From Candidatus Neptunichlamydia sp. (GTDB taxonomy: Bacteria > Chlamydiota > Chlamydiia > Chlamydiales > Simkaniaceae): a stretch of DNA of 64,000 bases. Where the stretch lies: contig OZ247587.1 in the NCBI GenBank assembly GCA_965233865.1, positions 960,001 through 1,024,000 on the forward strand. Direction: 5' to 3'. The translations under genes were made by a program, and so were the position numbers. Below, piece by piece: positions 63,909 through 64,000 of this stretch (within the stretch, counting starts at the first letter, position 1; every line of letters begins with the position of its first letter). The notes under the pieces are model-generated. The model worked only from the letters and a program-made list of their open reading frames with translations, was not told the origin of the DNA and did not search any database.

Positions 63909-64000
63909 TTATAACAGTCCTTTTTCAAACTTTTCTTGCGCGGCGACAGTCATCGTTGCATAAGGAACCGCTTCAAGGCGTTTTACCGGGATATCATCTC
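63909..64000 (-). CDS. dksA: 3' end of a DksA/TraR-family protein (partial)
   Basis: Hand translation DDIPVKRLEAVPYATMTVAAQEKFEKGLL*; directly upstream of lspA. Confidence 0.75.
   Translation of the reverse strand, partial: DDIPVKRLEAVPYATMTVAAQEKFEKGLL

Overview
A 64 kb chromosomal window from a member of the phylum Chlamydiota. The 16S carries the chlamydial signature, and the gene blocks follow chlamydial order (glyA-clpP1-dapF, cdsZ-rnpB, kdsA-lptC-lptB, mreB-SNF2-tRNA-Gly-tig-clpP2-clpX, kdsD...E2-gltT-lpxK, lspA-dksA). A 23S group I intron at L1931, plus icd, ald and gmhA, points to an environmental lineage, most likely Simkaniaceae-like (inference). Most of the window is housekeeping genes, plus two tRNAs, RNase P RNA and one minus-strand rRNA operon whose 23S holds a 697-nt group I intron encoding an intact LAGLIDADG endonuclease. 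Three clusters of nested, mostly decayed IS630, IS4, IS5 and IS3 elements lie at about 9.2-11.7, 37.1-38.7 and 46.6-48.7 kb. Best leads: (1) a plasmid-type ParA fragment and ribbon-helix-helix gene followed by ten 10-bp-phased TGAWKCA repeats (probable centromere), trapped inside an IS630; (2) an 877-aa family II pyrophosphatase-like protein with a split CBS pair and an unknown inserted domain; (3) three tiny T3SS-substrate-like ORFs, one missed by the ORF track; (4) a collapsed lptA-slot gene together with heptose genes; (5) two P7 mismatches in the intron core. No CRISPR array was seen. All calls come from reading motifs by eye; no searches were run.
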